In this document: in pieces, positions 62,485 to 64,000 of the stretch | How the letters are laid out: each line of letters begins with the position of its first letter | Numbering within the stretch: the stretch's first letter is position 1 | Origin: a virus | Taxonomy: Duplodnaviria > Caudoviricetes | Direction: 5' to 3' (one strand) | IMG/VR virus record: IMGVR_UViG_2920580016_000002 | Coordinates: 26,285-90,284 of that record | Length of the DNA: 64,000 nucleotides | Made by a program: the position numbers and the translations under genes | Notes under the pieces: model-generated | Databases searched by the model: none | The model's input: the letters and a program-made list of their open reading frames with translations, nothing else | What the model was told of the DNA's origin: nothing

Positions 62485-62538
62485 AACCAGTTACTGGGTT
62501 AGAAGAGGCCAAGAGCCACCAACGGCCACGATTAACCC
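62485..62538 (+). promoter_or_regulatory. AACCAGTTACTGGGTT box, 26-nt spacer, CACGAT, likely leaderless xis
   Basis: 15/16 match to the recA box with identical spacing; 6 nt to ATG. Confidence 0.55.
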
Positions 62539-62784
62539 ATGGCGACACGCAAGACCACCACCAAGACACCGAGAGACGTCATGTGGGACGTCCCCACCAT
62601 CGCGGCCTTCATCGGCAAGGGCGAGCAGTGGGTCTACCGCAGCGCCCGCGCCCACGGCCTGAACCTCTTCGACATCGGCGGCAACAACCTCCGCGCCCTA
62701 CGCAGCGACGTCCTCCAGTGGGCCTTCCGCAACGCCGACGACCCAGACAAGTGCATCCAAGCCGTCCTCCAAGAGGCAGCCTGA
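62539..62784 (+). CDS. Excisionase-like HTH protein
   Basis: WDVPTIAAFIGKGEQWVYR wHTH; adjacent to integrase. Confidence 0.75.
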   Translation: MATRKTTTKTPRDVMWDVPTIAAFIGKGEQWVYRSARAHGLNLFDIGGNNLRALRSDVLQWAFRNADDPDKCIQAVLQEAA

Positions 62785-62797
62785 GACCAGGCACCAC

Positions 62798-62830
62798 GAA
62801 GGCCCCAGCCCATCACGGACTGGGGCCTTC
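62798..62830. terminator. Bidirectional terminator between xis and int
   Basis: GAAGGCCCCAG/CTGGGGCCTTC. Confidence 0.7.
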
Positions 62831-62839
62831 AGGCATCTC

Positions 62840-64000
62840 CTACGCAGCCACAGGCCGCCCGGCCTCCAACGCCGACCCGATGAGTACGCCACCCTTCCGC
62901 TTCTGATCCGCGATCAGGTGGTAGTAGCGCTTGAAGGTCGTGTTGATGTCGTCATGCCCCATGAAGATCGCCACAGCGGCGATGTCCTGGAGTTGGATCG
63001 TCATGTGCGTCCCGAACCAGTGCCGTAGCCCGTGCGGGATCAGCTTCTCATTCCCCACCCGGATCGAGGCCATCTGGAAGGCGTCCTGGAAGCTCGAACG
63101 ACCCACGGGAAGTCCCGGCCTGCGAGGCGATGGGAAGAACGGGCCTTTGAGGATCCCGAAGGTCTCACAGTGCCGCTCGATCTCCTCTCTCAGGGTGTCG
63201 CAGATCGGAATCTCCCGGAACTCGCCTTCCCGCTTGCCCTTCGGCGGCGCGTACTTGGAAGCGGTAGTCCACTGCCTGGAGACCCGGAAGACGCCTTCCC
63301 TCCGCACGCACTCAGTTCCCGCCGCGCAGATCTCCCCGGCGCGAAGTCCCGCCAGACTTCCCAGGAACACCGCCAGCCGGTACTTCTCAATGATCTTGTC
63401 GGCCAGCTCCCAGACTTCCAACGTCTCAGGAAGATAGGCCACGGCATCGGGAACCGGCTCCAGCTCGACTTCCCGCGCCGGGTTGTCGAACCGGAAGTCC
63501 TCCTTGATCGCCGCGTCTAAGATCCCGCCCAGAATCGCGGACACGATCATGTCCACGTTCCCCTTGTTCACATCCTCGGCGTAGAGCCGGGTAGCGAGCT
63601 TCTCTACATCCGCCTTGTTGATCTTCCCGACCGGCTTCTTCTGGAACTCGGGGATGAGCTGGTTGGCGATCTTCGACCGGTAGGTGACCTTCGACCCCTC
63701 AGCGAGATCCCTACGGTTCTCCAGCCACTCCCAGGCGAACTCGTCGAAGGGCGGGCTCTCGCCCTTGAGATAGCCAGGGATCCGGCCCTGTGACTTCTTC
63801 AGGTCATTGATCTTGGTCCGCATGTCCGACGCCTCTTTGTACGTCTTGTACCGGCGCTCGAACTGGTTCCCGTTCTCATCCTGGATCTGGAGGCGGTAGA
63901 CGCAGTTGCATCGTGACTTACCATGGGGGCAGTCGGTAACCCCGCGCTTGGGCAGGATCTTCCGAATCGTTCCTTCGCCCCAATTTACGCGGGCCATCAT
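62840..64000 (-). CDS. int: Tyrosine integrase
   Basis: GLRAGE (R), PPKGK (K), HGLRH, MGH, RYY catalytic Tyr. Confidence 0.95.
   Translation of the reverse strand: MMARVNWGEGTIRKILPKRGVTDCPHGKSRCNCVYRLQIQDENGNQFERRYKTYKEASDMRTKINDLKKSQGRIPGYLKGESPPFDEFAWEWLENRRDLAEGSKVTYRSKIANQLIPEFQKKPVGKINKADVEKLATRLYAEDVNKGNVDMIVSAILGGILDAAIKEDFRFDNPAREVELEPVPDAVAYLPETLEVWELADKIIEKYRLAVFLGSLAGLRAGEICAAGTECVRREGVFRVSRQWTTASKYAPPKGKREGEFREIPICDTLREEIERHCETFGILKGPFFPSPRRPGLPVGRSSFQDAFQMASIRVGNEKLIPHGLRHWFGTHMTIQLQDIAAVAIFMGHDDINTTFKRYYHLIADQKRKGGVLIGSALEAGRPVAA

Larger units (their letters stand above)
1..64000. mobile_element. Temperate actinobacterial myovirus (prophage/phage), incomplete at left edge
   Basis: Integrase, terminase, portal, capsid, contractile tail, replication and lysis genes; no host housekeeping genes. 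Confidence 0.95.

Noticed and set aside
1-64000. CRISPR array, tRNA or rRNA genes
   Set aside because: No repeat-spacer periodicity or cloverleaf seen by eye; the Cas4-like gene has no cas neighbours. tRNAscan-SE was not run.
63990-64000. att site or genome end at the integrase start
   Set aside because: The window ends exactly on the integrase ATG; upstream DNA is absent and no att core repeat was found.

Overview
The whole window is part of a high-GC temperate actinobacterial myovirus (prophage or phage contig; it continues left of position 1, and no att site is visible). Most genes lie on the minus strand. Reading right to left: tyrosine integrase and excisionase-like gene; a small plus-strand operon (membrane protein, KTSC protein); terminase, Acb2/Tad1-like anti-defence protein, portal, scaffold, N4-gp56-type capsid; an inverted 4-gene cassette; an eCIS-like contractile tail, baseplate and fibres; holins; replication initiator with iterons, DnaC, DnaB, primase, SNF2 helicase, SSB, PolA, class II RNR, RecA; membrane/lipoproteins; WhiB, Cas4-like nuclease, ThyX, dNMP kinase, RuvC-like; SpoVS, small disordered proteins and a CHAP endolysin. 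The most unusual signal is a translational-control layer. (1) The portal gene is split by a 4-nt shift at TAC-TTA-T, which could be Tyr-to-Tyr ribosomal hopping over a rare UUA (bldA) codon, a TA-duplication footprint, or an error. (2) About nine late genes have their Shine-Dalgarno or start codon locked in long hairpins, most directly behind a shared AT-rich TTAWWA-like motif. (3) The tail chaperone has a candidate +1 UUU-CGC frameshift. A quasi-palindromic AACCAGTTACTRGGTT operator and AT-rich synonymous recoding of catalytic motifs were also seen. All family calls are by eye from motifs; no searches were run.
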